Source of the DNA: Arcobacteraceae bacterium
GTDB lineage: Bacteria; Campylobacterota; Campylobacteria; Campylobacterales; Arcobacteraceae
Direction: 5' to 3'
Length of the DNA stretch: 24,003 bases
Assembly: GCA_048268245.1 (NCBI GenBank)
Contig: JBLWVX010000036.1
Span: forward strand, 1 to 24,003
The first letter of the stretch is position 1, and every line of letters begins with the position of its first letter. A model generated the notes under the pieces. That model saw only the letters and a program-made list of their open reading frames with translations, ran no database searches and was not told the DNA's origin. This document shows, piece after piece, positions 9,654 to 19,021 of the stretch. Both the position numbers and the translations under genes were made by a program.

Positions 9654-10412
9654 TTATATTATATCTAAAAAATGATTTTGAGCCTCTTTAAAACCAAGAT
9701 TAAAACACTCTTCAAGTTCTTTGAAAGTGAACAAAGAAAAACCTCTTATATGTGGACTTCCTAAATACTCGTGTGTATGAGAGATAGAGTGAGCATGATT
9801 TTCATATAACTGTTTGAAAAGTTTTTTATGAATTGTTTTAATTGGGTTAAGTTTTTTGATGTTTTGTTTACTAGATTTTGGAAATAAATCTACACTAAAA
9901 ATATGATAATCTTTTCCTAATAATGGTTTGATTGGAATATTATCAAATAATCCCCCGTCTATCAAGTGCATACCTTTATATTTTACAGGTTTAAAAAGAG
10001 GAACTAATGCAGATGATGCCATACATAAAGTTACTGTATCACCTATGTTGAAATAGTGAAGTTTTTTCTCTTTTATATCATAAGCATTTACATAAACTGG
10101 TTTTGGAATATCTTCAAGTTTTTCTATAGGTAGTAACTCTTTTATAATCTTATTTGAGGAATCAATTTTAAGTAAGCCATTTCTAAAATAGTTAAATTTT
10201 AAAGCTTGTCTTACATCTTTACTTCCAAAGATTTTTAATTGTTCTTTTGCAGGAATTCCACTTGCATGAGAAGCACTTATGATACTTCCAATTGATGAGC
10301 CACTATAGGCTTTAATATCTATTTTTTTCTCTTCACAAAAATGTAAAACTCCTAAGTGAAAAGCACCTCTAGCAGCACCTCCACCAAGAGCTAAACCCAA
10401 GTTATTTATCAT
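9654..10412 (-). CDS. Patatin-like phospholipase
   Basis: Oxyanion loop LGGGAARG, nucleophile elbow GSSIG, catalytic DGG; overlaps the upstream gene by 11 nt. Confidence 0.92.
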   Translation of the reverse strand: MINNLGLALGGGAARGAFHLGVLHFCEEKKIDIKAYSGSSIGSIISASHASGIPAKEQLKIFGSKDVRQALKFNYFRNGLLKIDSSNKIIKELLPIEKLEDIPKPVYVNAYDIKEKKLHYFNIGDTVTLCMASSALVPLFKPVKYKGMHLIDGGLFDNIPIKPLLGKDYHIFSVDLFPKSSKQNIKKLNPIKTIHKKLFKQLYENHAHSISHTHEYLGSPHIRGFSLFTFKELEECFNLGFKEAQNHFLDII

Positions 10413-11148
10413 TTTTATCTAGCCAATCTATTATTTTAAATTCTCCATCAAAGGTTTCAACAATAGCAGTACAATTCTCAACCCAATCACCACAGTTGAG
10501 GTATTCAATACCATCTATGTCTCTTATTTCAGCTTTGTGGATATGTCCACATATAATACCATCATATCCTTTATTTTTTGCGTGAGTTGATAAGACACTT
10601 TCAAAATCATTTATAAATGAAACTGAGGATTTTACTGAGTCTTTTACATATTTTGATAAAGACCAATATTTTTTTATTCCAAGTTTTTGTCTGATAAAGT
10701 TTAACCCAGCATTTAAATATAAAAGTAAATCATATCCATAATCACCTAGAATGGCTAACCATTTTTTAGTCATAGTAATAGAATCAAAAAAGTCTCCATG
10801 GGTAATATAATACTTTTTACCATTGATTCCTTTATAGTCAAGTTCGTTTGATATATTTAAAGAATCTCCTAAAACAAGTGGAACAAAAGGTCTTATAAAC
10901 TCATCGTGGTTACCAGTAATAAAATGTACATTTGTACCTTTTCGGGCTTTCTTTAAAACTTTTTGAATAACATCAGAGTGAGTTTGTGGCCATACAAATT
11001 TTCTTTTTATAGCCCAACCATCTATAATATCTCCTACTAAAATTAGGTTTTCACTCTCATTATGTTTTAAAAAATTTAATAATTTCTTTGCTTTAGAAAA
11101 TCTTGTTCCTAGGTGTACATCTGATATAAAAATGCTTTTGTATTTCAT
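10402..11148 (-). CDS. Calcineurin-like metallophosphoesterase, PlcP/LpxH2-type (putative phospholipase C)
   Basis: SDVHLG, GDIIDGW, GNHDE, HGD, CGHIH, N-GDWVE-CT motifs. GNHD rather than enterobacterial LpxH GNRD, plus WPQ-H-DV-QK and KARKG segments that I recall from PlcP. Confidence 0.8.
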   Translation of the reverse strand: MKYKSIFISDVHLGTRFSKAKKLLNFLKHNESENLILVGDIIDGWAIKRKFVWPQTHSDVIQKVLKKARKGTNVHFITGNHDEFIRPFVPLVLGDSLNISNELDYKGINGKKYYITHGDFFDSITMTKKWLAILGDYGYDLLLYLNAGLNFIRQKLGIKKYWSLSKYVKDSVKSSVSFINDFESVLSTHAKNKGYDGIICGHIHKAEIRDIDGIEYLNCGDWVENCTAIVETFDGEFKIIDWLDKNDK

Positions 11149-11154
11149 ATTCAG

Positions 11155-11188
11155 ATTCTAGAGTAGTTTGATTACAATTGAATAACAA
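11155..11188 (-). promoter_or_regulatory. Putative promoter: -10 TAGAAT plus 11-bp-period direct repeat (OmpR/PhoB-type box)
   Basis: Minus strand reads TTGTTAT-tcaa-TTGTAAT-(10 nt)-TAGAAT-(6 nt)-ATG. Confidence 0.55.
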
Positions 11189-11273
11189 AAGAAAAATAGT
11201 ATTTATGGGTTTCTTCAAGATTTTATAAGCTAGTTTTAAATAAAATTTAAACAATTATACTAAGGGGAATTTT

Positions 11274-11987
11274 ATGTTGAAAACTTTTACAAAGACTTGT
11301 TTATTAGCTGCAGCTGCTATGTTATTTTCGGGGTGTCAAATACACCAAACGATTGTACAAAAAGAACAACTACCAACTGTAAAAGGTCAACAAACTAATA
11401 GTTCTGGAAGTGCAAACTTAAGTACTAACCATCTTCAACAAACAAATAACGAAGTTCAAGTTACTAAAGAGTACTTAAAAATTGCAAATGACCAAGAAAA
11501 ATTTGTAACAAAACAGTATACTTTAGAAGGAACAATAAACTCTTTAGCAACACAAATGATGAGAAACCAAAAGCTTGCAACAAATAAACCTGTAATAATT
11601 ACTTCTTTTGTAAGACTTGACCAATTTAAGAAAACTACTGAGTTTGGTAGAATTGTAAGTGAGAGTTTAATTAATGAACTTTCAAACAAAGGTTTTAATA
11701 TTATTGAATTTAGAGGTCAGTTAGCTGTATCAGTTGATAACAATGGTGAATATTTTATCACTAGAAAAGTTAGACAAATGAAAGGTAAAACACCAAATAC
11801 TTATGTTGTTGTTGGTACTTACTCTAGACAATACAAAAAAGTAATTTTAAATGCAAGAGTTATTGATAATATAACTGGAAGAATTATCACAAGTGCGAGA
11901 TCTACTTATAATCATGGAAGAGCAAATGATTGTATGATGTTCAATGACTGTAGACCAGCTAGAACTGTAAAAATCGTAAAAGAATAA
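11274..11987 (+). CDS. FlgO-family outer membrane lipoprotein
   Basis: Lipobox LFSG-C; ITSFV-L...FGRIVSESLINEL..GFNIIEFR...GEYFITR...VVVGTYS...LNARVID pattern; AAGGGG SD. Confidence 0.8.
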   Translation: MLKTFTKTCLLAAAAMLFSGCQIHQTIVQKEQLPTVKGQQTNSSGSANLSTNHLQQTNNEVQVTKEYLKIANDQEKFVTKQYTLEGTINSLATQMMRNQKLATNKPVIITSFVRLDQFKKTTEFGRIVSESLINELSNKGFNIIEFRGQLAVSVDNNGEYFITRKVRQMKGKTPNTYVVVGTYSRQYKKVILNARVIDNITGRIITSARSTYNHGRANDCMMFNDCRPARTVKIVKE

Positions 11988-11995
11988 CAACCTAA

Positions 11996-12583
11996 ATGAA
12001 ACCCTCTTATTTTAAAAGCTTAAGAAGTATTTTACTTCTTAGTTTTTTAACTCTTTTTCTAACTTCATGTTCATATTATAAAATCCCAATTGATGGTGCA
12101 AATGACTTTCATTCATTAGTTTCAAAATTAGTAGATGAATCAGCAGAAAAAATTAAAAAAAATGTAGCATATGAAGAAGTAGTATTAGTTTCTGATTTTG
12201 TAAATATACAAGATTTAGAGAATAAATCACAACTTGGTTTTTTACTTTCAAATATGTTAAAAGATAAACTTGTATCTTTAGATATTATTGTAAGAGAAGT
12301 AATCTTTGGAAAAGAGTTCCAGTTAGGACAACAAGGCTTTAATATGCTTATTAGAGATAAAAATAAAATCATTTCTGATGAGGTTACACAGGCTAGATAT
12401 GCTGTTGTTGGTACTTACTCTATATCTACAAGAAGTTTAAACATTTTTATAAAGCTTATTGACGTGCAAACAGGAAATATATTAGCATCTTCTCATGAAA
12501 GAACATCAATAGATAAAGAGATTTTAGATTTAGAGGGTGAAGAGAAAAGAAGTATTGTTCTTAGACCAAGATTAGTTTTATAA
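11996..12583 (+). CDS. FlgO-family lipoprotein (paralogue)
   Basis: Lipobox FLTS-C; VSDFVN...LGFLLS...AVVGTYS...IKLIDVQTGNILAS, similar to the upstream gene. Confidence 0.75.
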   Translation: MKPSYFKSLRSILLLSFLTLFLTSCSYYKIPIDGANDFHSLVSKLVDESAEKIKKNVAYEEVVLVSDFVNIQDLENKSQLGFLLSNMLKDKLVSLDIIVREVIFGKEFQLGQQGFNMLIRDKNKIISDEVTQARYAVVGTYSISTRSLNIFIKLIDVQTGNILASSHERTSIDKEILDLEGEEKRSIVLRPRLVL

Positions 12584-14143
12584 GATATCTTGGATTAAGA
12601 ACTGAGCACTAAGCTCTCCTCTAAACTCATTTTTATTTACAGATACAATAATATCAAGACTATTTTTAAAGTTTGTATTACTATCATTGAATTTTAAGGC
12701 TTCAAATATAACACCATCACTATTAAGTGTAAGTTTTAAGTGATTTTTATCTCTTCCTATTAAATCATATTTTACTAGTTGTACATTTGATAGTTTGAAG
12801 ATAGGTTTGTGATTTTGTAATCCATATGGCTCAAACTGTTCAATTATAGATAAAAACTCTAAATCGACAGATGATACATCTAATTCACCTAATGTTTTAG
12901 GTTCAATATGTAATTTATCTTTTTTATCTTCTAATTGTCTATTTATGATAGCTTTAAACTCTTCAAGGTTCTCTTGTTTCATAGATAAACCAGCAGCATT
13001 TTTATGACCACCATATCCTAATAATAAATGTTTTGCTTCTGTGATTAAATCATATAGATTAATATCTGCATTTGCTCTTGCACTTCCTTTTGCAATTCCA
13101 TTGTTTAGTGAGAAAATAAAGGCAGGTTTTTTGAAATGATTTGACATTTTAGAAGCAACAATACCAATAACACCTTCATGCCAATCTTTACCCCAAACTA
13201 CTACAGCATTATCTTCTTTTTTCGAAGCATTTAAGGCTTTTTGAGAAATCTCTTCTTGTAAAGTTTTTCTATAGTTATTTAACTCTTCCAATAATTGTAA
13301 AGACTCATTTGCACTAAAAGAGCTATTTGAAAGTAAAAATGATAGTGCCACTGAGGCATCATCCATTCTTCCTGCGCTATTTATTTTAGGAGCTATAAAA
13401 AAGCCAATATCATCAGATACTAAAGCTTCTTTACTCATAACTTCATTTAGTTTCTTAAAGGCCTCTCTTTGAGAGCTTTTAATTTTTTTAAGACCTTGTT
13501 TTACCATTGTATAATTAAGTGCAGTCATGGGCATGATATCAGCAACAATAGCTAAAGCTAAAAGATCTAGAAAATCAGTCATATTGATATTCAGGTTCAA
13601 CTCTTTTTTAATTGCTGCACATAAATACCAAGCAACTTGAGCTCCACATATATCTTTAAACTCAAAATTACAATCTGCTTGTTTTGGGTTTACTATTGCA
13701 ATAGCAGGTGGTAACTCACCACCTACTGTGTGGTGATCTGTAATAATTAAATCAATACCTTTTTCTTGAAGCTTTTTTGCAGCTTCAACTGCTGATATAC
13801 CATTATCAACAGTGATAACTAAGCCATTATCAATCATGTCAACTATTTTAGGAGACAAGCCATATCCATGTACAAATCTATTTGGTATGATGTGATTTAC
13901 TTTATATCCAACTTTGTTAAAAAAATCTAACATTATAGTAGTAGAGACTACTCCATCAACATCATAGTCACCAACTATAGTAATAGTTTCATTGTTTAGA
14001 ACAGCTTCTTTTATTCTAGTTGAGGCTTTTTTTATATCTTTGAAGTTATTAGGTGAGGGGATATCAGCAAGACGTGAATAAGGATTATTCACATGTCTTG
14101 CTGACAGAATTTCAAAAAGTCTATTTTTTGTAATTTTAGACAT
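12578..14143 (-). CDS. recJ: Single-stranded DNA-specific exonuclease RecJ
   Basis: GDYDVDG, PNRF..GYG, TVDNG, ITDHH, NSAGRM, GSAR, GGHKNAAG, EPYG. Confidence 0.97.
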   Translation of the reverse strand: MSKITKNRLFEILSARHVNNPYSRLADIPSPNNFKDIKKASTRIKEAVLNNETITIVGDYDVDGVVSTTIMLDFFNKVGYKVNHIIPNRFVHGYGLSPKIVDMIDNGLVITVDNGISAVEAAKKLQEKGIDLIITDHHTVGGELPPAIAIVNPKQADCNFEFKDICGAQVAWYLCAAIKKELNLNINMTDFLDLLALAIVADIMPMTALNYTMVKQGLKKIKSSQREAFKKLNEVMSKEALVSDDIGFFIAPKINSAGRMDDASVALSFLLSNSSFSANESLQLLEELNNYRKTLQEEISQKALNASKKEDNAVVVWGKDWHEGVIGIVASKMSNHFKKPAFIFSLNNGIAKGSARANADINLYDLITEAKHLLLGYGGHKNAAGLSMKQENLEEFKAIINRQLEDKKDKLHIEPKTLGELDVSSVDLEFLSIIEQFEPYGLQNHKPIFKLSNVQLVKYDLIGRDKNHLKLTLNSDGVIFEALKFNDSNTNFKNSLDIIVSVNKNEFRGELSAQFLIQDIL

Positions 14144-15759
14144 TAGTCTTTTTTATTTGCTTGTTTTACAAACTCTAAAATAATTGGATTTGGAGTCTCT
14201 AAGTGTGATGTAAATTCTGGGTGGAATTGTACACCTACAAACCATGGATGGTCTTTAATTTCAACAGCTTCGATTAATCCATTTGATTGACCAGAAATAA
14301 TCATACCTGCTTCTTCAAGTCTTTCTTTATAAGCTGGGTTTGCTTCATATCTATGTCTGTGTCTTTCATGGTAAATCTCTTCATTTCCATAAGCTTTTTG
14401 AAGGTTAGTTCCTTTTAATGGCTCAAATGGATATTCACCAAGTCTCATAGTTCCACCCATTGGTGATTTATGAGTTCTTAATTGTTTGTTACCACTTTGA
14501 TCCATAAATTCATCAATTAAGTAAATTACAGGTTCTTGTGCATTTTCATCAAACTCTACTGATGTAGCATTTTCAATACCTAAAACATTTCTTGAATATT
14601 CTACAATTGATAATTGCATACCAAGACAGATACCTAAGTAAGGGATTTTATTTTCTCTAGCATATTGAATAGCTTTTAACTTTCCTTTAACACCTCTATG
14701 TCCAAATCCACCTGCAACTAAAATACCATCAGAATTTCCAATAACTTCAAAGGCACCTGTATCTTCAATTTTTTCAGAATCACACCAGTGAATGTTTACT
14801 TTTGTGTTTAAGTGTGCTCCTGCATGAATTAAGGCTTCAATTAATGACTTATACGACTCTTTTAAATCTAAGTATTTACCAACAAATGCAATAGTTACTT
14901 CATCTTTTGGAACTAAGATATTCTTAACTAGAGTATCCCATCTTTCCATATTTGGCTTAAATTTGATATTAAAGTGATCTGATAAAGGAGTTAAAATCCC
15001 TTCTTTGATAAAGTGTAATGGAACTTGATAGATTGATTGTGCATCACCTGCTTCAATAACTGCATTTCTATCAATATCACAAGATAATGCTAATTTATCT
15101 TTTAAGTTCTTAGGTAACTCTTTTTCTGTTCTACAAACTAACATATGAGGAGTAATACCAATTCTTCTTAACTCTTGAACAGAGTGCTGAGTTGGTTTTG
15201 TTTTAAGCTCACCTGCTGCTTTAATGTAAGGAACTAAACTTACATGAATATTCATAGTTTTATCTTTTGGTTTTTCATGTCTGATAGCTCTAATTGCTTC
15301 CATAAATGGTAAACCTTCGATATCTCCTACTGTTCCACCAAGCTCGATAATTAAGAAATCTTTTTCATCAGCTGCTGCATAGATTCTATCTTTGATTTCA
15401 TCAACAACATGAGGGATAACTTGAATAGTTTTACCTAAGTAACCACCTTCTCTTTCTCTTTTAATTACACTTTGGTAAACTTGTCCAGTTGTAAAAGAGT
15501 TTTTAGCAGTTAATGTTGTGTCAATAAATCTTTCATAGTTTCCTAAGTCAAGGTCAGTTTCAGCACCATCAGCAGTAACAAAAACTTCACCGTGTTCTAG
15601 TGGACTCATCGTTCCTGGGTCTACATTTAAGTAAGGGTCGATTTTAAGCATACTTACTTTGAATCCAGATTGTTTTAAAATTGTTGCAATAGAAGCAGAA
15701 GTGATACCTTTACCAAGCGAACTTAGTACTCCACCCGTTACAAAAATGAATTTAGTCAT
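14143..15759 (-). CDS. pyrG: CTP synthase
   Basis: [67 protein letters not shown] overlap with recJ. Confidence 0.99.
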   Translation of the reverse strand: MTKFIFVTGGVLSSLGKGITSASIATILKQSGFKVSMLKIDPYLNVDPGTMSPLEHGEVFVTADGAETDLDLGNYERFIDTTLTAKNSFTTGQVYQSVIKREREGGYLGKTIQVIPHVVDEIKDRIYAAADEKDFLIIELGGTVGDIEGLPFMEAIRAIRHEKPKDKTMNIHVSLVPYIKAAGELKTKPTQHSVQELRRIGITPHMLVCRTEKELPKNLKDKLALSCDIDRNAVIEAGDAQSIYQVPLHFIKEGILTPLSDHFNIKFKPNMERWDTLVKNILVPKDEVTIAFVGKYLDLKESYKSLIEALIHAGAHLNTKVNIHWCDSEKIEDTGAFEVIGNSDGILVAGGFGHRGVKGKLKAIQYARENKIPYLGICLGMQLSIVEYSRNVLGIENATSVEFDENAQEPVIYLIDEFMDQSGNKQLRTHKSPMGGTMRLGEYPFEPLKGTNLQKAYGNEEIYHERHRHRYEANPAYKERLEEAGMIISGQSNGLIEAVEIKDHPWFVGVQFHPEFTSHLETPNPIILEFVKQANKKD

Positions 15760-15804
15760 TAAAAATACTCCAATTAAATTAAATAGTCATAAATATATTT
15801 CGCG

Positions 15805-15815
15805 ATTTTAGCTAA
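15805..15815 (-). promoter_or_regulatory. Putative sigma70 -10 for pyrG-recJ
   Basis: Minus strand TTAGC-TAAAAT (gnTAnAAT type), about 45 nt upstream of the pyrG ATG. Confidence 0.45.
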
Positions 15816-15856
15816 AGTTTGTTGATAGATAAGTTAAGCTATGCTTATGTGAGTTA

Positions 15857-15887
15857 CTTAAAAGCTAGCTTCTAGCTAACTTTTAAG
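15857..15887 (-). terminator. Hairpin/probable terminator downstream of ccoG
   Basis: Minus strand CTTAAAAGTTAGCT-AGA-AGCTAGCTTTTAAG: 14-bp stem with one G-U pair, 10 nt after the ccoG stop. Confidence 0.65.
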
Positions 15888-15897
15888 ATTCAATAAA

Positions 15898-17280
15898 TTA
15901 TTTAAGTTTATCTGCTCTTGGATAAATAAATACAGCTTTTCTTAGAACGCTTACTCTTTCAGGGTCTTCTTTAGCGTAAGCTCTAATAGTTACAGTTATT
16001 GGTGTATCTTTTGTATTATCTTTTACTAAAACTTTATTTGTTTGTAAAATTACAACTTTTTTTCTAAGTTTTCCAGGTTGTAGAGTGAATGGTTTAAATC
16101 TCTTAATTTCAATATCTTTATTATCAACTACTTCTAAGTGATAAGTTAAAGGTTTTGACTCAGTGTTTTGGAATAAGAAGACAAAGTTATTTGCAACTAC
16201 ATTGTTTTCTTTTATTTTGTATAATTGAGTTGTTTTATTAACATTTAAAAGCATATACTCTTTTGTTCCACCCATTGCAAAAAGTAAACCTAAAACAATA
16301 GTAAGTGCAGCTGCATACATAATAGTTTGCTTTCTTAACATTTTTGTTGGTTTATCATTTTTGATTTCATTTGTACTTGACCATTGTACAAGTGAAGGCT
16401 TTCCAAGTTTTCCCATAACTGTAGTACAAGCATCAACACACTCTAAACAGTTGATACATTCAAGTTGTAAACCTTTTCTAATATCAATATGTGTAGGACA
16501 AACAGTTACACATGACTCACAAGTAGTACATTCATCAGTTTGGTTTGGCAAATCTTTTGCTTTGAAGATTATTTTTTCTTTGCTTTCATTGTAAATATCC
16601 CCACCTCTATTTGTTGAGTAAATAGCTTGGTAAGTATTGTCATCATAAAGTACTGATTGTACCCTTGAATAAGGACAGATATATACACAAAAGTCTTCTT
16701 TTAAAAATACTGCATCATAAACTATAAATGCTGCAATTGCTAAAACAAATCCTATTAAGAACATGTGTTCTGTTGGGTTTTGAATATAAGCAAAGAAATC
16801 TTCAGGAGGTATAAAATACCACATGAAGTTTGATGCTGCAAGAAGTGCTAAACATGACCAGATGATAATAGCAATTACTCTTTTTGCAGCGTTTTTTGGT
16901 TTTGAGTAGTCAGGGTCTTTTTGTTTATTTTTAATTCTTCTAAGACCTAAAAGTTTACCTTCTATTAAATCTCTAAATACAACCCTAAAGATTGTTTGAG
17001 GACAGGCCCAACCACACCAAGCTCTACCACCTAGTGAAGTTACAGCAAAAATCCCCAAAAATAGAAGCATTAGTAGAAATGGCATAAGATATAATTCTTG
17101 CATATCAAATGCAGTACCTAAAAGATGTAGTTGTTTTTTATCAAAAGATAATAAGAAAATGTGATTACCACCTATAGTGATAAAAGGTAAAGATAAAGAT
17201 ACAATAGTTGCAATAATGTATCCATAATACCTTTTAATTCTATAAGGAGTCTTACTTAAAAATTCATTTTTCTCTTTCAC
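15898..17280 (-). CDS. ccoG: cbb3-type cytochrome c oxidase accessory protein CcoG/FixG (4Fe-4S membrane protein)
   Basis: GRAWCGWACPQT, FCVYICPY, CTTCESCVTVCP, ECINCLECVDAC, multiple TM helices; GTG start with AAGG SD. Confidence 0.95.
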   Translation of the reverse strand: MKEKNEFLSKTPYRIKRYYGYIIATIVSLSLPFITIGGNHIFLLSFDKKQLHLLGTAFDMQELYLMPFLLMLLFLGIFAVTSLGGRAWCGWACPQTIFRVVFRDLIEGKLLGLRRIKNKQKDPDYSKPKNAAKRVIAIIIWSCLALLAASNFMWYFIPPEDFFAYIQNPTEHMFLIGFVLAIAAFIVYDAVFLKEDFCVYICPYSRVQSVLYDDNTYQAIYSTNRGGDIYNESKEKIIFKAKDLPNQTDECTTCESCVTVCPTHIDIRKGLQLECINCLECVDACTTVMGKLGKPSLVQWSSTNEIKNDKPTKMLRKQTIMYAAALTIVLGLLFAMGGTKEYMLLNVNKTTQLYKIKENNVVANNFVFLFQNTESKPLTYHLEVVDNKDIEIKRFKPFTLQPGKLRKKVVILQTNKVLVKDNTKDTPITVTIRAYAKEDPERVSVLRKAVFIYPRADKLK

Positions 17281-17387
17281 TATAAAACCTTTCGTTTGTG
17301 ATTATTACCTTAATTATATATAAAGGTTCCTTATAATAACCATAAAAAAGTATAAGTATTACTTATATTATGAAAGAGTATTCATAA

Positions 17388-18221
17388 TTAGCCTTGAGTA
17401 AGCTTTTTATAGGCTTCTATTTTTTCAGAAATTTCATTTTTTACATCTGAAATATCATATATTTCGAAGTTTTCTATAGTTGGATAAGATTTTATAATAT
17501 CTTCAAACTCTGAAATAGTATCATCAATTGATTTAGCTTCAATTACAGGAATATTTAGTTTATTGATTAGTTCTTCATTATATGCTTTATCTTCTCTTTT
17601 AAATAAAACAGGACTATTTCCACATGAAATAGATTCTAAAGCTGTTTGAAGAGAAGCTGTTAATAGGTATTTACTATTTTGAATAGTCTCAACGTATTCT
17701 TCTTCATCAATTACTTCATTAAAGTGTTGTGTAAATACTTTTTCATTTCCTAAAAAGAAATAGTGTCCCATAAGAAGTGTAATATCATGCTTTGATGATT
17801 CTTTTACTCCTTGTAAGAATAGTTCATTATAATCATCATCACCAAAGAAAATAGCTTTTTCAATATTTGGGTTTTTAACCTTTGAATAAAGTTCTTTATC
17901 TACAATAATTTCACTTAATTCTTCTAAATTGTAAACTAGTGAACAAAACTCGCTCATTCCTTCTTGCATAAGTTCGTTTGTTTCATCTGTGTTATAAAGT
18001 AGAATATCTCTTTTTTGCATGATGTTATGAAGATTTCTTACTACATCAATATTTACATATCTTCTAATCCCTAATAAATCTTTCGCAAAAGCACCAGCTC
18101 TAAAATCACTAGTACATAAAACAGGGTCAAACTCTTTTAATTCATTTGCTATTGCTGCACATCTTTTTGCACCTTCTAATCCAATAGCATGACCACTTTT
18201 TGCATAAAAATAAACTTGCAT
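17388..18221 (-). CDS. Hypothetical protein, degenerate PseG/SpsG-like GT-B fold
   Basis: 277 aa, GAGG SD; N-terminal GHAIGLEGAKRCAAIA, middle IFFGDDD and C-terminal LLTASLQTALESISCG resemble PseG/SpsG motif positions. Confidence 0.55.
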   Translation of the reverse strand: MQVYFYAKSGHAIGLEGAKRCAAIANELKEFDPVLCTSDFRAGAFAKDLLGIRRYVNIDVVRNLHNIMQKRDILLYNTDETNELMQEGMSEFCSLVYNLEELSEIIVDKELYSKVKNPNIEKAIFFGDDDYNELFLQGVKESSKHDITLLMGHYFFLGNEKVFTQHFNEVIDEEEYVETIQNSKYLLTASLQTALESISCGNSPVLFKREDKAYNEELINKLNIPVIEAKSIDDTISEFEDIIKSYPTIENFEIYDISDVKNEISEKIEAYKKLTQG

Positions 18222-18340
18222 ATTAATTACCTCTTATAATAGTTTGTATGTATTTAAAAATTTAGTATACAAAAAAGCTGCAAAGCTTTTGGTTAAACTA
18301 AGTTTAAAATAAAATACTAATTTTAAAATATTTTTAAAAA

Positions 18341-19021
18341 CTAAGTTTTATATGAAATAGCAGCCTTAACAAACTTCTCAAAAATCTTTCTATGTTCTTT
18401 TAGATATATCAAGTATTCAGGGTGCCATTGTAAAGCTAATAAAAAAGGATAATCCTTCTTTTCAATAGATTCAATTATTGATTCATGGGTAGAAGATACA
18501 TCCAGATCTTTACCAACTTTATTTATAGCTTGATTGTGAATACTATTAATGACAATTTTATCTTCCTTTACTGTTTTATGTAAAGAACTATTTTTTTTGA
18601 TCTTTGCTTCTTTTATTGGAAATATTGAATTTTGATGAATTATATATTCATCTAAATCAAGTATTTTTGCATATAAATTTCCTTCAAAATAAATATTTAT
18701 AAGTTGAGCCCCTCTACATATACCAAGAATTGGTAATTCTTCTTTATATGCTTTGTCAATCATCTCTAATTCAAAGGTATCTCTTTTTTTATCAAGTTCA
18801 GTATTATGGGCATCTTTGTGCGCACCATATAAAGTGGGGTCTATATCATTTCCTCCACTAAGGATTAATCCATCTAGTTTTTGAAAATCAATATTGTTTT
18901 TTGATGGTTTTAATCTAATACAAGAAGCCCCTTGTATTTTTAGATTTAGTTTTATAAATATATAGGCAAAAAAGTTGCCGTTATCTGGTAAACATATACC
19001 TATTAGTGGTTTAGTATCCAT
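18341..19021 (-). CDS. Peptidase C26 / gamma-glutamyl-GABA hydrolase family (class I glutamine amidotransferase fold)
   Basis: DGLILSGGNDIDP, RDTFE, nucleophile LGICRGAQ, NSIHNQAI, QWHPE (intact Cys-His-Glu triad). Confidence 0.92.
   Translation of the reverse strand: MDTKPLIGICLPDNGNFFAYIFIKLNLKIQGASCIRLKPSKNNIDFQKLDGLILSGGNDIDPTLYGAHKDAHNTELDKKRDTFELEMIDKAYKEELPILGICRGAQLINIYFEGNLYAKILDLDEYIIHQNSIFPIKEAKIKKNSSLHKTVKEDKIVINSIHNQAINKVGKDLDVSSTHESIIESIEKKDYPFLLALQWHPEYLIYLKEHRKIFEKFVKAAISYKT

Noticed and set aside
11456..12372. Two minus-strand ORFs (77 and 87 aa)
   Set aside because: Antisense shadows of the FlgO-family genes.
16361..16594. 77-aa plus-strand ORF
   Set aside because: Antisense to the conserved ferredoxin domain of ccoG.
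18273..18290. Hairpin AAAAGCT-GCAA-AGCTTTT as terminator of the cti operon
   Set aside because: Only a 7-bp AT-rich stem, overlapping the likely promoter (TATACT) of the next gene; too weak to call.
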